Below the pieces are notes generated by a model that saw nothing but the letters and a program-made list of their open reading frames with translations, made no database searches and was not told the origin of the DNA. From sequence record SRR22947727_1221: a stretch of DNA of 37,757 nt; one strand, 5' to 3'. Within the stretch, counting starts at the first letter, position 1. Each line of letters starts with the position of its first letter. The translations under genes were made by a program, and so were the position numbers. Below, one piece after another: positions 20,634 to 30,094 of this stretch.

Positions 20634-21791
20634 ATGAGCGATAAACACCTATTCACTTCAGAATCAGTTTCCGAAGGCCACCCTGACAAAGTTGCCGATC
20701 AAGTCTCAGATGCGATCTTAGACGCCATGCTGACACAAGATCCAGAATCTAGAGTGGCCTGTGAAACGCTGATCAAAACCGGACTAGTAGTCGTTGCCGG
20801 CGAGATTCGCAGTAATGCAAAAGTAGACGTGGACAGCTTAGTACGCAAAGTTGTAAACGATATTGGTTACAATGGCCCTGAAGTGGGCTTTGACCCCTCA
20901 GCGTGCTCTGTTGTGAATGCACTGGGCCAACAATCTTCAGACATAGCTATGGGTGTAGACGAAACGTCAGACCATGAGCAGGGTGCCGGCGACCAAGGCC
21001 TAATGTTCGGTTATGCTTCTGACGAAACCGACGTACTGATGCCTGCGCCTATCGTATTTGCACATCGATTAGTCCAGCGTCAAGCGGAAGCACGTCGCAG
21101 CTCTCTTGGTTTTCTGCGCCCTGATGCGAAGAGCCAGCTTACTTTCAGCTACGATGACGATGGTCGTCCAGTGGCTATTGAAGCCGTTGTGCTTTCAACC
21201 CAACACGACCCAGATGTAACTCAAGAGCAGCTGCGCGAAGCGGTTATGGAAGAAATCGTTAAACCCGTGCTACCGCAGAACTGGATTTCCAGTGAAACCA
21301 AATTCCACATCAACCCAACTGGCCAGTTCATTATTGGCGGGCCTGTAGGCGACTGCGGCCTCACTGGCAGAAAAATCATCGTTGATACGTACGGCGGCAT
21401 GGCTCGTCATGGCGGCGGGGCGTTCTCAGGCAAAGACCCGTCTAAGGTCGACCGCTCAGCAGCATACGCCGGTAGATATGTAGCCAAGAATATTGTTGCA
21501 GCCGGCCTTGCTAAGCGTTGCGAGATTCAAGTCAGTTATGCCATTGGTGTTGCAGAACCCACCTCTATCAGCATTGACACCTTTGGCACAGCCACTATCA
21601 GTGACGAACGGATCATTCAGCTTGTGCGTGAGCACTTTGATTTGCGACCTAAGGGCCTAATCGCGATGCTTGATTTGAAACGCCCAATCTACTTAGACAC
21701 CGCCGCATACGGCCACTTTGGTAGAACTGATTGCGACTTTAGCTGGGAGCGCACTGATAAAGCTGAGGCTTTAGCAGCTGCAGCTGGCTAA
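20634..21791 (+). CDS. metK: S-adenosylmethionine synthetase
   Basis: Motifs [19 protein letters not shown] and [16 protein letters not shown]. Confidence 0.99.
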   Translation: MSDKHLFTSESVSEGHPDKVADQVSDAILDAMLTQDPESRVACETLIKTGLVVVAGEIRSNAKVDVDSLVRKVVNDIGYNGPEVGFDPSACSVVNALGQQSSDIAMGVDETSDHEQGAGDQGLMFGYASDETDVLMPAPIVFAHRLVQRQAEARRSSLGFLRPDAKSQLTFSYDDDGRPVAIEAVVLSTQHDPDVTQEQLREAVMEEIVKPVLPQNWISSETKFHINPTGQFIIGGPVGDCGLTGRKIIVDTYGGMARHGGGAFSGKDPSKVDRSAAYAGRYVAKNIVAAGLAKRCEIQVSYAIGVAEPTSISIDTFGTATISDERIIQLVREHFDLRPKGLIAMLDLKRPIYLDTAAYGHFGRTDCDFSWERTDKAEALAAAAG

Positions 21792-21866
21792 ACGCAAAAG
21801 CAACTGAGCTTTGAGTGAACCTGACTGCAGATTTACTCAAAGCGCACCCGCGCTAGGGCATTATAA

Positions 21867-21893
21867 GGTGGCGCGACGCCACCCTTTAGTTTT
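21867..21893 (+). terminator. Putative intrinsic terminator between metK and metF
   Basis: GGTGGCG-CGA-CGCCACC followed by CTTTAGTTTT. Confidence 0.5.
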
Positions 21894-21932
21894 AAAGACG
21901 GCTCTATTTGCAGAGCTTTTGCGAGAATATTC

Positions 21933-22787
21933 ATGCCTGACCAGACGACTCATGAGCCAACAAAAAAATCTCTTAGCTTTGAGTTTTTCCCACCGCGAGA
22001 CCTAGAGGGTCAAGATAAACTGCTTACAGGCGCAGCGCATAAACTAGCAAGCTTGAATCCAGATTTTGTGTCGGTTACCTACGGAGCCGGCGGTTCAACC
22101 AAAGAGGGTACGAAGCAAGTCGTGCAGCGACTGCTTGAACAAAAGCTCGATGCAGTACCTCACCTTTCGTCCGGAACAACCAGTAATGAAGAAGTGCTGG
22201 ATATGGTCCAAACCTATAAAGACAATGGCGTTAAACAGCTACTTTGCCTACGCGGGGACCAGCCGTCAGGGCAAGGGCAACAACCCACTTACGCAAAAGA
22301 TCTGATCAGCTTGGTTAGAGAGCAATTTCAGGACGACTTCAACATCGTAGTTGGCGCATACCCTGAAATCCATCCAGATTCGCCCTCCGCCGCTGACGAG
22401 TTCAACTTTTTTAAGCAAAAAGTAGAGGCAGGTGCAAATACAGCTATCACCCAGTATTTCTATAATGCCGAAGCCTATGCTTATTTTTTAGATGGCTGCC
22501 AGAAACACAACATTGAGATTCCTATTATTCCTGGAATTATGCCCATTACTAACTATGCATCACTGATACGTTTCAGCGGCAAAGCTGGCGCAGACATCCC
22601 GCGTTGGCTAGACCATGCGTTGAGAGACAAGCAGCATGATGAAGCAGAGTTGAGTAAGTTTGGCGTTGAGATTGTCACACGCTTATGTGAACGATTATTT
22701 GAACTAGGCGCCCCTGGACTACACTTTTATACCCTGAACAGATGGGGTGCTAGCTCAAGAATATGCGCTAACCTAGGCTTTAATTAG
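21933..22787 (+). CDS. metF: 5,10-methylenetetrahydrofolate reductase
   Basis: Motifs SFEFFPPR, SVTYGAGGST, LRGD, AYPEIHP and HFYTLN. Confidence 0.97.
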   Translation: MPDQTTHEPTKKSLSFEFFPPRDLEGQDKLLTGAAHKLASLNPDFVSVTYGAGGSTKEGTKQVVQRLLEQKLDAVPHLSSGTTSNEEVLDMVQTYKDNGVKQLLCLRGDQPSGQGQQPTYAKDLISLVREQFQDDFNIVVGAYPEIHPDSPSAADEFNFFKQKVEAGANTAITQYFYNAEAYAYFLDGCQKHNIEIPIIPGIMPITNYASLIRFSGKAGADIPRWLDHALRDKQHDEAELSKFGVEIVTRLCERLFELGAPGLHFYTLNRWGASSRICANLGFN

Positions 22788-22797
22788 GGGGCTGACA

Positions 22798-23517
22798 TTG
22801 CCTAGATTTAGTCTATTTTATCTGCAAGGGCCGCACACTGTGGGGGCCAAAATACAGCTAAATTCAGAGCGCTCTAATTATCTTTGTCGCGCCCTTAGGT
22901 TAAATATTGGCGATGAGATCAATATCTTTGACGGCACCGGCGGGCTGTTTACAGCCGCCATTCGTAGGGCCAACCCACGGTCCACAGAAGTAGAAATTAC
23001 TGCCGCCGAGCAACCCGCCCAAACCAGTATTTACTCACTCACTCTAGCCATCGGCCTTATAAGGGGCTCCGCAATGGACAGAGCGCTCCAACAAGCAACA
23101 GAACTCGGCGCAAACAGAATTCTGTTAATCCAAGCGGACCGCAGCAATGTGCCCCTTAAGTCGGACAGAATGGAAAATAAGATAGGTCACTGGGAACGGG
23201 TGATCAGCGCCAGCTGTGAACAATGCGGCCAGCTTTATTTGCCTGAACTAGTAGGGCCGCAGACGCTGGAGGAAGCCATCAACCAAACCGAAAACGGCAT
23301 GGTTTTTAGCCCCTTGGGTGAATCTTTTCCTGCTCAAATGCAGCCAGTTAACCGTACTGCTTTCGTTGGTCCCGAGGGCGGCTGGAGCGACAAAGAGTTG
23401 GATCTTTTTCAGCAAAGGCAGATACCCAGCTACAAACTTGGCCGCACCATTTTACGCGCCGAGACAATGCCTAGCGTGGCGCTCGGTTTAATACAGCAAG
23501 CCCAAGGGTGGCACTAA
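22798..23517 (+). CDS. rsmE: 16S rRNA m3U1498 methyltransferase
   Basis: Motifs QATELGA, ASCEQCG, VGPEGGWS and LGRTILRAET. Confidence 0.96.
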   Translation: MPRFSLFYLQGPHTVGAKIQLNSERSNYLCRALRLNIGDEINIFDGTGGLFTAAIRRANPRSTEVEITAAEQPAQTSIYSLTLAIGLIRGSAMDRALQQATELGANRILLIQADRSNVPLKSDRMENKIGHWERVISASCEQCGQLYLPELVGPQTLEEAINQTENGMVFSPLGESFPAQMQPVNRTAFVGPEGGWSDKELDLFQQRQIPSYKLGRTILRAETMPSVALGLIQQAQGWH

Positions 23518-23522
23518 AAACG

Positions 23523-23548
23523 GCTGTTTAAGACAGCTGTTTAAGACA
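23523..23548. repeat. 13-bp tandem duplication GCTGTTTAAGACA x2
   Basis: Exact copies at 23523-23535 and 23536-23548, between convergent genes. Confidence 0.9.
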
Positions 23549-23564
23549 AAGGCCGCAGCAAACC

Positions 23565-24821
23565 TTAATCAGACTTGGGCTCTGAAGCGGCTAACAACCC
23601 GCGTAACTTATCCGAAACCTCGGTGCCATCAAGCAAATGCTGACGCAGGGTATGCGTCAAACGCGAACCTTCATCGCTCAAACCTGGATCTTTGACGCCG
23701 TTTTGGGATTGCTGGGCCGCGAGTGCTTCATCTAACGAACGACTAGCCGCTAGAAATGATTCGATAGTTTGCGCTAGCGAAAGCGTTAAGCCATCAGCGG
23801 AGGCGCCGGCTGCCGCTGCTGCATAACGTTGACCTTCGGCGTTCGAGAATGGCGCTAGATCTAAGCCTTGTTCGCCCGGAAAATCCTCTTCAAACGCTTG
23901 GTTTTTCGATCCAAGATCGCCACCCGAAGCTAATATGTCTGCACTTTCAATAATCTCAGCGTAGATATAGTCGTCGATAAAGCTAGATACGCTGGAGCCC
24001 GCTGAGATCTCCCTAAGCTTCTCGCTTAAAGTGACAAGAAAATTTATCGCCGCATTTGCCACGAAGTGAAAATCAACGTTCACAGCGAGGGTCCCATCAA
24101 CCAGTCGATCAAGCATATTCTCGATGGCCCAGGTCACTTCTGTCACATCGCCTAGTCGCTGATCATCACTGAGTTCTCTAAGCGCCTTAAAGCCTTGTGT
24201 AATCGCTGCAATCTTCCCTGGGTCCTCAAGATTCTTGCGCCACTCTTCCAGGAGTAATTGCATTGCACCTAAGGATTGCGCCAAGGCCTGCAGCACTGAA
24301 ATGAAATCATGATCCTCCGAGCCACTGCCAACGGGGTTATCCATTGCGCCCTCTAAATTTGGCTGAAGCGCGGCTGCAGCATCGACTGGCTCACCGGCCA
24401 AAGCGCCCGCCTGCTGAAGTATTATTTGCGCACTGGCGGAAAGTGTTTGAAATTCACTATCGGGCTGAAACTCTGATTCTGCATCGACTAAAGCAAGTTC
24501 CCATGTGCGTATTATTTGCCCCAGGCCACGCAATAAAGTGAAAGTATCTTCAGACAACTGCAGCTGTTCGCGGCGAATAGCACCCAGCCATTGCACAACG
24601 ACCTCTAGGTGCTCTTGTGAAGGTGGCTGAATCTCCATCAAGACCCTCGCCACATGTTGCAGCGTAACCAGGCCACGCTGCCTATCTTCATCAACAATTA
24701 GCGCCAACAAACCCCGCTCAAACGACCGCCTAACACGGCCCAATGTGGCCTGGCGCTCTTGGACGCTGGGCAAGGGGCTGGCCGAAGTGGTAGGTGGGGG
24801 GGTAGATGAGGTGGTGGGCAA
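23565..24821 (-). CDS. Helical protein resembling the N-terminal FimL-like/Hpt part of ChpA; no kinase, CheW or receiver domain recognised
   Basis: RRSFERGLLALIVDED and GFKALR...EVTWAIENMLDRLVDGTL resemble ChpA segments. Divergent from gshB. TTG 24821 has GAGG 5 nt upstream; alternative start is ATG 24905. Confidence 0.65.
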   Translation of the reverse strand: MPTTSSTPPPTTSASPLPSVQERQATLGRVRRSFERGLLALIVDEDRQRGLVTLQHVARVLMEIQPPSQEHLEVVVQWLGAIRREQLQLSEDTFTLLRGLGQIIRTWELALVDAESEFQPDSEFQTLSASAQIILQQAGALAGEPVDAAAALQPNLEGAMDNPVGSGSEDHDFISVLQALAQSLGAMQLLLEEWRKNLEDPGKIAAITQGFKALRELSDDQRLGDVTEVTWAIENMLDRLVDGTLAVNVDFHFVANAAINFLVTLSEKLREISAGSSVSSFIDDYIYAEIIESADILASGGDLGSKNQAFEEDFPGEQGLDLAPFSNAEGQRYAAAAAGASADGLTLSLAQTIESFLAASRSLDEALAAQQSQNGVKDPGLSDEGSRLTHTLRQHLLDGTEVSDKLRGLLAASEPKSD

Positions 24822-25098
24822 ATTGTCCTCGTTTGATATCAAAAAATTATACTCATTGGGCTGTAGGGCAAAGTTCTCTCCCCGCAGAGTATGGACAAAT
24901 ATCATTGATTTGCCTAAGGCTCACGGGCTTGAGACATATTACCTAGATTTCGGCCAAATACTTTAGCTGGGTTTTTGCAAAAAACGCTCCAGAGATAGAC
25001 ACCGGGGTCAGGGTGAGTAAAGTACTGCTAGCAACATGCCTACATCGTCTTCCAAGCATCAGATGAGGCGTTCAATTTATTTGTCACGGCCGTACATT

Positions 25099-26073
25099 AT
25101 GAAAAAGATCGCCTTTCTAATGGATCCAATAGATTCTTTGTCGCTCAAGAAAGACTCCACCCTTGCGATGATTCGCTCGGCTCAGCATCGCGACTTAGAC
25201 ATCTACTACCTTCGACAGGAGGATCTTGCCATCCATGAGGGCAAAGTTTGCGGCTTAATATCCAGCTTAAAACTCCGCGAAGATTTTGCCGAAACCTTAG
25301 ATCCAGCCATTGCCGGCAATGAATGGTATACCTTGGGCGAGGAAACGCTGCGGCCATTGGCTGACATGGACATCATCATGATGCGCAAGGATCCGCCTTT
25401 TGATATGGAATATATCTACACCACCTATTTGCTCGAGCGCGCCGAGGCAGATGGTGCATTCGTAGTGAACAAGCCTCAATCGCTGCGCGACTGCAACGAA
25501 AAACTGTTTGCCACCACCTTTCCCCAGTGTTGCCCAGACTTGGTGGTCAGTCGAAGAATGGATGTGCTTAAAGCCTTCCACAAAAAACATAAAAATGTGG
25601 TCTTCAAAAAGTTAGATGGCATGGGTGGGGCGTCTATTTTTCGCGTTATGGAAAATGACCCGAATTTAACCGTAGTCATCGAAACCCTGACCGAGAACGG
25701 CGCACAGCAAATTATGGGGCAAGTGTACTTGCCTGAAATAGTCGACGGGGACAAACGTATCCTGTTAATTAATGGCGAACCCGTACCTTATGCCTTGGCC
25801 AGAATCCCGTCTGCTGGCGAGTCCAGAGGCAACCTGGCCGCTGGAGGTCGTGGCGAAGCTAGACCGCTCACACCTAGAGACCAGTGGATTGCAGAGCAAG
25901 TAGGCCCCGAACTAAAACGGCGGGGACTCATGTTTGTTGGGATCGATGTCATAGGCGACTACTTGACGGAAATCAACGTCACCTGCCCGACCTGCATCAG
26001 AGAACTTGATGCGCAATTTGACCTTGATATTGCGGGCGACCTTATCGACGCAATTGTTAAGCAACTTGACTGA
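25099..26073 (+). CDS. gshB: Glutathione synthetase
   Basis: Motifs MRKDPPFDMEY, NEKL, RGNLAAGG and TEINVTCPTC. Start set at MKKIAFLMDP. Confidence 0.98.
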   Translation: MKKIAFLMDPIDSLSLKKDSTLAMIRSAQHRDLDIYYLRQEDLAIHEGKVCGLISSLKLREDFAETLDPAIAGNEWYTLGEETLRPLADMDIIMMRKDPPFDMEYIYTTYLLERAEADGAFVVNKPQSLRDCNEKLFATTFPQCCPDLVVSRRMDVLKAFHKKHKNVVFKKLDGMGGASIFRVMENDPNLTVVIETLTENGAQQIMGQVYLPEIVDGDKRILLINGEPVPYALARIPSAGESRGNLAAGGRGEARPLTPRDQWIAEQVGPELKRRGLMFVGIDVIGDYLTEINVTCPTCIRELDAQFDLDIAGDLIDAIVKQLD

Positions 26074-26899
26074 AACCGGTATCCCCATCTCTAACACCGC
26101 ACCTATCACTGCAAAGGACGCCCCGACAACGGTAGAGCGACATACCAAAAGCGAGGGCCGGATGGGGTTCAGCGTTTTTCTGGCGCTACTTGTCCATGGC
26201 ATTTTGCTTTTCGGCATTGGTGTTTCGCGGTTTGAACCTAACGTACAACCCGCCCACATCACGCTTGAGCTGGGTTTGTCTGGCGATTCATCAACCCAGC
26301 AAACTGCGGTTACGGCGCCACTCAGTGAAAATTTGGACAGCCCTGCAGAGGCAGCGAAAAGCTTGGGGAAAGAAAAAGTATCGCCTGAAACAACGGTCAC
26401 AAAACCCACGGAAACCACTCAGCGCTTTAAAGAATTGAGCCAAACGACCACTCAACAGAGCGAACAAACATTTAACAGCCGCGACGCGGTAGAAGCCTTT
26501 GCCAAGTTCCAAGCGAGCATAGACTCGCAGCGTCCAACCAGCCAAGGCCTTAGCCGCACCCGGGAACTGAATAGTTTCAGTAAATTTACCGCTCCAGAAA
26601 CCGCCTATTTGAACACCTGGCGGCGAAAGTGCGAGCGCATCGGACGCAACAATTATCCGCCAGGGATATTGGAAGGTGAATTGACTATGTTGGTGAGTAT
26701 TCTGCGTGACGGCAGTCTGGCCAGCGTAAAAATTCTGCGTTCATCAGGTCAGCCGAAGCTTGATGCAGCGGCTTTAGCTACAGTACGTCAAGCAGCCCCG
26801 TTCCAACCATTTACAGTGGAAATGCGTAAAAGCTATGACCGCTTAGATTTCACACGTACTTGGCAATTTTCAAAACAAGGAACTGGCATTGATTTTTAA
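26066..26899 (+). CDS. TonB family energy transducer (TonB_C domain); start uncertain
   Basis: TM helix FSVFLALLVHGILLFGI with His; C-terminal RSSGQPKLDAAA...AAPFQPF...RTWQF. In-frame TTG 26066 overlaps the gshB stop. Confidence 0.85.
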   Translation: MTETGIPISNTAPITAKDAPTTVERHTKSEGRMGFSVFLALLVHGILLFGIGVSRFEPNVQPAHITLELGLSGDSSTQQTAVTAPLSENLDSPAEAAKSLGKEKVSPETTVTKPTETTQRFKELSQTTTQQSEQTFNSRDAVEAFAKFQASIDSQRPTSQGLSRTRELNSFSKFTAPETAYLNTWRRKCERIGRNNYPPGILEGELTMLVSILRDGSLASVKILRSSGQPKLDAAALATVRQAAPFQPFTVEMRKSYDRLDFTRTWQFSKQGTGIDF

Positions 26900-26968
26900 T
26901 ACAAATGCTCGGCGGCAACGATCTCGCCCTTTGGGTGTCCAAATAACAGCCAAGAAATCAGGTTAACT

Positions 26969-27517
26969 ATGAATTTAAAAAATCACTTCTTAATGGCTAT
27001 GCCTGACCTTTCCGGTGACTACTTTGGCAATACGTTGACCTACATCTGCGAGCATAACGACGAGGGCGCTATGGGCATCGTCGTTAACAGGCCTACCGAT
27101 GTGTCTATTTTGGAGTTGCTCGCAAAGCTCAATATGGAGCCTGAGCGTCGCTGGGTTGAGCAATTAGTTTTAGATGGTGGTCCTGTTGCACAAGACCGGG
27201 GATTTGTTCTTTACCGCGGCGAAGAGGAATTCGGTACGTCTGTGGATGTTGCAGAAAACATCCGCTTATCCACTGCCATGGAGACGTTAACTGCGATCGC
27301 ATCAGGGGATGGCCCGGAAAACTTCATTATTGCCCTTGGCTACGCTGGCTGGGGTGAGGGGCAGCTTGAAGGCGAGATCAGTCGCAATAGCTGGCTTACC
27401 GTTGAGGCAACTTCAGAAATACTTTTTGACACACCAGCAGAAGAAAAGCTCCAAGCGGCGGCGCAATTATTGGGCATTGATTTCAATCTGATCGCAGCAC
27501 AACCGGGCCATGGCTAA
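26969..27517 (+). CDS. yqgE: YqgE/AlgH family protein
   Basis: Motifs YICEHNDEGAMG, GGPV and LGYAGWGEGQLE. Confidence 0.95.
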   Translation: MNLKNHFLMAMPDLSGDYFGNTLTYICEHNDEGAMGIVVNRPTDVSILELLAKLNMEPERRWVEQLVLDGGPVAQDRGFVLYRGEEEFGTSVDVAENIRLSTAMETLTAIASGDGPENFIIALGYAGWGEGQLEGEISRNSWLTVEATSEILFDTPAEEKLQAAAQLLGIDFNLIAAQPGHG

Positions 27518-27519
27518 CT

Positions 27520-27927
27520 ATGGCGATTGAAGGCTACGTATTAGGATTCGATTTTGGACTGAAATTTATTGGTCTAGCGGTCGGCCAGACGGTTACCAAA
27601 ACAGCCGGCGGCCTGAAAACGCTAAAAGCCCGCAACGGCAAACCAAACTGGGCAGAAATAACTTCTATCCTCCAAGAATACAAACCCGCCGCGATTGTTG
27701 TCGGCCTGCCGTTAAACATGGATGAAAGTGAATCGGATATGTCCGTCAAGGCGCGCAAGTTTGCCCAAGAAATTGAGCGGCGCTCTGGTATTGCAGTACA
27801 AATGATGGACGAGCGCTTGAGTTCGTGGACTGCAAATGAAGTGACGCGCGATACTGTCCGGGGTGGCGAGATTCATGAAAAATCAGCCTGCCTTATCCTC
27901 GAAAGCTGGTTCAATGAGCTAGACTAG
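27520..27927 (+). CDS. yqgF: YqgF/RuvX pre-16S rRNA nuclease
   Basis: Motifs LGFDFG, VVGLPLNMD and DERLSS. Confidence 0.95.
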   Translation: MAIEGYVLGFDFGLKFIGLAVGQTVTKTAGGLKTLKARNGKPNWAEITSILQEYKPAAIVVGLPLNMDESESDMSVKARKFAQEIERRSGIAVQMMDERLSSWTANEVTRDTVRGGEIHEKSACLILESWFNELD

Positions 27928-28021
27928 TTCCCAGCCAATTGATCAAGAAAACCGCAAATACGGACGAATGCGGAATTAGCCGACAAACAACGCCTACATT
28001 AAATTGATTTATGCATAATCT

Positions 28022-28708
28022 ATGACGACTTTGAACCAACGCTTAGACCAGCTAAACGAGCGCATCCAGACAGCTTGCGCGAGCAGCAACAGAGCGCTGA
28101 GTGAAGTGCTGCTCATCGGCGTGTCCAAATACCAACCTGGGCAAAGTGTCGCGCAGGCTCATGAACTGGGCCTAACTGACTTTGGCGAAAACTACCTCCA
28201 AGAGGCCGCAGAAAAAATTCAATCTCTTGGTGACAAGCCGCTCACTTGGCATTTCATAGGCAGTATTCAGTCGAATAAAACAAAGGTTATCGCTGAGTCA
28301 TTTCAGTGGGTGCACACAGTAGACCGACTAAAAATTGCACAGCGCCTGAGTAGCCAATGCCCAGAGGGCAAAGTGTTAAACATTCTGCTCCAAGTGAACG
28401 TCGATAATGACCCCAACAAGAGCGGTGCAAGCCCTGAAGCATGCATCGACCTAGTTAAGCAGATGAGCAATTTGCCGAATTTAAAGTTACGCGGCTTGAT
28501 GACCATATTGAGTCAAGACACTGATCCTAGGGTAGGCTACGAAACCGTGGCACAATTACATGCTGAACTAAAAGGTGAGTTGCACCCCGCCTTCACCGCC
28601 GCATGGGACACCCTATCTATGGGCATGACCGGAGATTTAGAGCACGCTATTGCCGCAGGTGCCACAATGATAAGGGTGGGTACGGCATTATTTGGCCCAC
28701 GAGAGTAA
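28022..28708 (+). CDS. yggS: PLP homeostasis protein
   Basis: Motifs GVSK, FGENYLQE, WHFIGSIQSNK, LSMGMT and RVGTALFG. Confidence 0.97.
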   Translation: MTTLNQRLDQLNERIQTACASSNRALSEVLLIGVSKYQPGQSVAQAHELGLTDFGENYLQEAAEKIQSLGDKPLTWHFIGSIQSNKTKVIAESFQWVHTVDRLKIAQRLSSQCPEGKVLNILLQVNVDNDPNKSGASPEACIDLVKQMSNLPNLKLRGLMTILSQDTDPRVGYETVAQLHAELKGELHPAFTAAWDTLSMGMTGDLEHAIAAGATMIRVGTALFGPRE

Positions 28709-28748
28709 ATTACGTCATTTGTATTTTTTTAGCGTTAGGAGATGAACA

Positions 28749-29561
28749 GTGAGTATCGCCTTTATTGGGGCAGGCAATATGGCCGGCAGTTTGATCAACG
28801 GCCTGCTTGAAAGTGGTACCTCCCCAGGGGAAATCGCAGCAGCTGACCCGATGGCCATACAGCTTGAGAAGTTCGCTGCCTTAGGTGTTGTGACCGCAAG
28901 TAATAATGATCAAGCAGTGGACGGAGCTGATGTCATAGTGCTGGCCGTTAAGCCACAAGTCACTGGCGCAGTGCTAGAGGCTTTGTCAGGCCTGAAACCT
29001 CACCAACTGATTATTTCTATCGTCGCAGGTATTGATCTGCGGAGCCTCGAAACTTGGCTACCTGAAAATCAGCCCATCGTACGTTGTATGCCAAATACGC
29101 CCGCGTTATTGGGTGCTGGCATGACTGGCCTGTTTGCAAACAGTCGGGTATCTGATCAACAAAAAGCATCAGCCACCCATATTCTCGAAGCAGTTGGCGA
29201 AGTGGCTTGGGTAAATGAGGAAGTGCATTTAGATGCCGTAACCGCCGTGTCAGGAAGCGGACCCGCTTACTTTTTCTTGCTCATGGAAAACATGATCGCC
29301 GCCGGGCAAAAGCTTGGCTTAGATGCGGAGTTAAGCCGCAAGCTCACCGAACAAACTGCATTCGGCGCGGCCCTCATGGCGCAAAAGAACGATGTAGATC
29401 CTGGCACTTTACGCAAAAACGTGACCTCCCCCGGAGGCACCACTGAGGCAGCCTTGAATTTAATGCTGGCGCAAGGATTACCCGCTACTGTTATCGACGC
29501 TTTAAGCGCGGCGGAAAATAGAGCCAAAGAATTGGCCGTAGAATTTGGAGCTAAATCATGA
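28749..29561 (+). CDS. proC: Pyrroline-5-carboxylate reductase
   Basis: Motifs IGAGNMA, RCMPNTP, SGSGPAY and VTSPGGTT. Confidence 0.98.
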   Translation: MSIAFIGAGNMAGSLINGLLESGTSPGEIAAADPMAIQLEKFAALGVVTASNNDQAVDGADVIVLAVKPQVTGAVLEALSGLKPHQLIISIVAGIDLRSLETWLPENQPIVRCMPNTPALLGAGMTGLFANSRVSDQQKASATHILEAVGEVAWVNEEVHLDAVTAVSGSGPAYFFLLMENMIAAGQKLGLDAELSRKLTEQTAFGAALMAQKNDVDPGTLRKNVTSPGGTTEAALNLMLAQGLPATVIDALSAAENRAKELAVEFGAKS

Positions 29562-30094
29562 CCCAAACACTTATTCTGATCATCGACTTGGTAATGCGGC
29601 TCGCCACATTATTGTTTCTTGTTCGATTTTTACTGCAAGCCAGCGGCGCAGACTTCTACAACCCCATCAGCCAAGCCGTGATTAAAGGCAGCGACCCCCT
29701 AGCAGCGCCGTTGCGAAAACTCTTACCCTCTATCGGCAAATTTGACTTGGCGGCGCTACTGTTAGCATTAGTCATGGGCGTTGTTTTCGTAGCCCTTATT
29801 AGCATGGGACGCCTAACAATAAGCCAATACGCTATTTTTGGTATAGTCCGCACGCTTTCCGTACTAGTGGATTTTTATTGGTGGTCAATGTTGATCATTG
29901 TTATCGCCAGCTTTGTCTCCCAAGGCAATAGTCACCCCGGATTGTCACTATTAGATCAATTGGTAGACCCTCTGATACGACCCATTAGAAGTATATTGCC
30001 TTCAATGGGCCCCTTAGATTTTTCACCCATGGTGGTTATTTTGATGTTGTCTATCGCGCAACGGTCACTACCCAATGCGTACGCCTTCATCTAA
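29558..30094 (+). CDS. yggT: YggT family membrane protein
   Basis: Motifs ADFYNPISQ and LDFSPM; follows proC. Confidence 0.93.
   Translation: MTQTLILIIDLVMRLATLLFLVRFLLQASGADFYNPISQAVIKGSDPLAAPLRKLLPSIGKFDLAALLLALVMGVVFVALISMGRLTISQYAIFGIVRTLSVLVDFYWWSMLIIVIASFVSQGNSHPGLSLLDQLVDPLIRPIRSILPSMGPLDFSPMVVILMLSIAQRSLPNAYAFI

Noticed and set aside
25912..26418. 168-aa minus-strand ORF and other ORFs overlapping recognised genes (e.g. 30213-30692, 7025-7366, 35436-35795)
   Set aside because: Shadow frames of well-supported genes, with no motifs.
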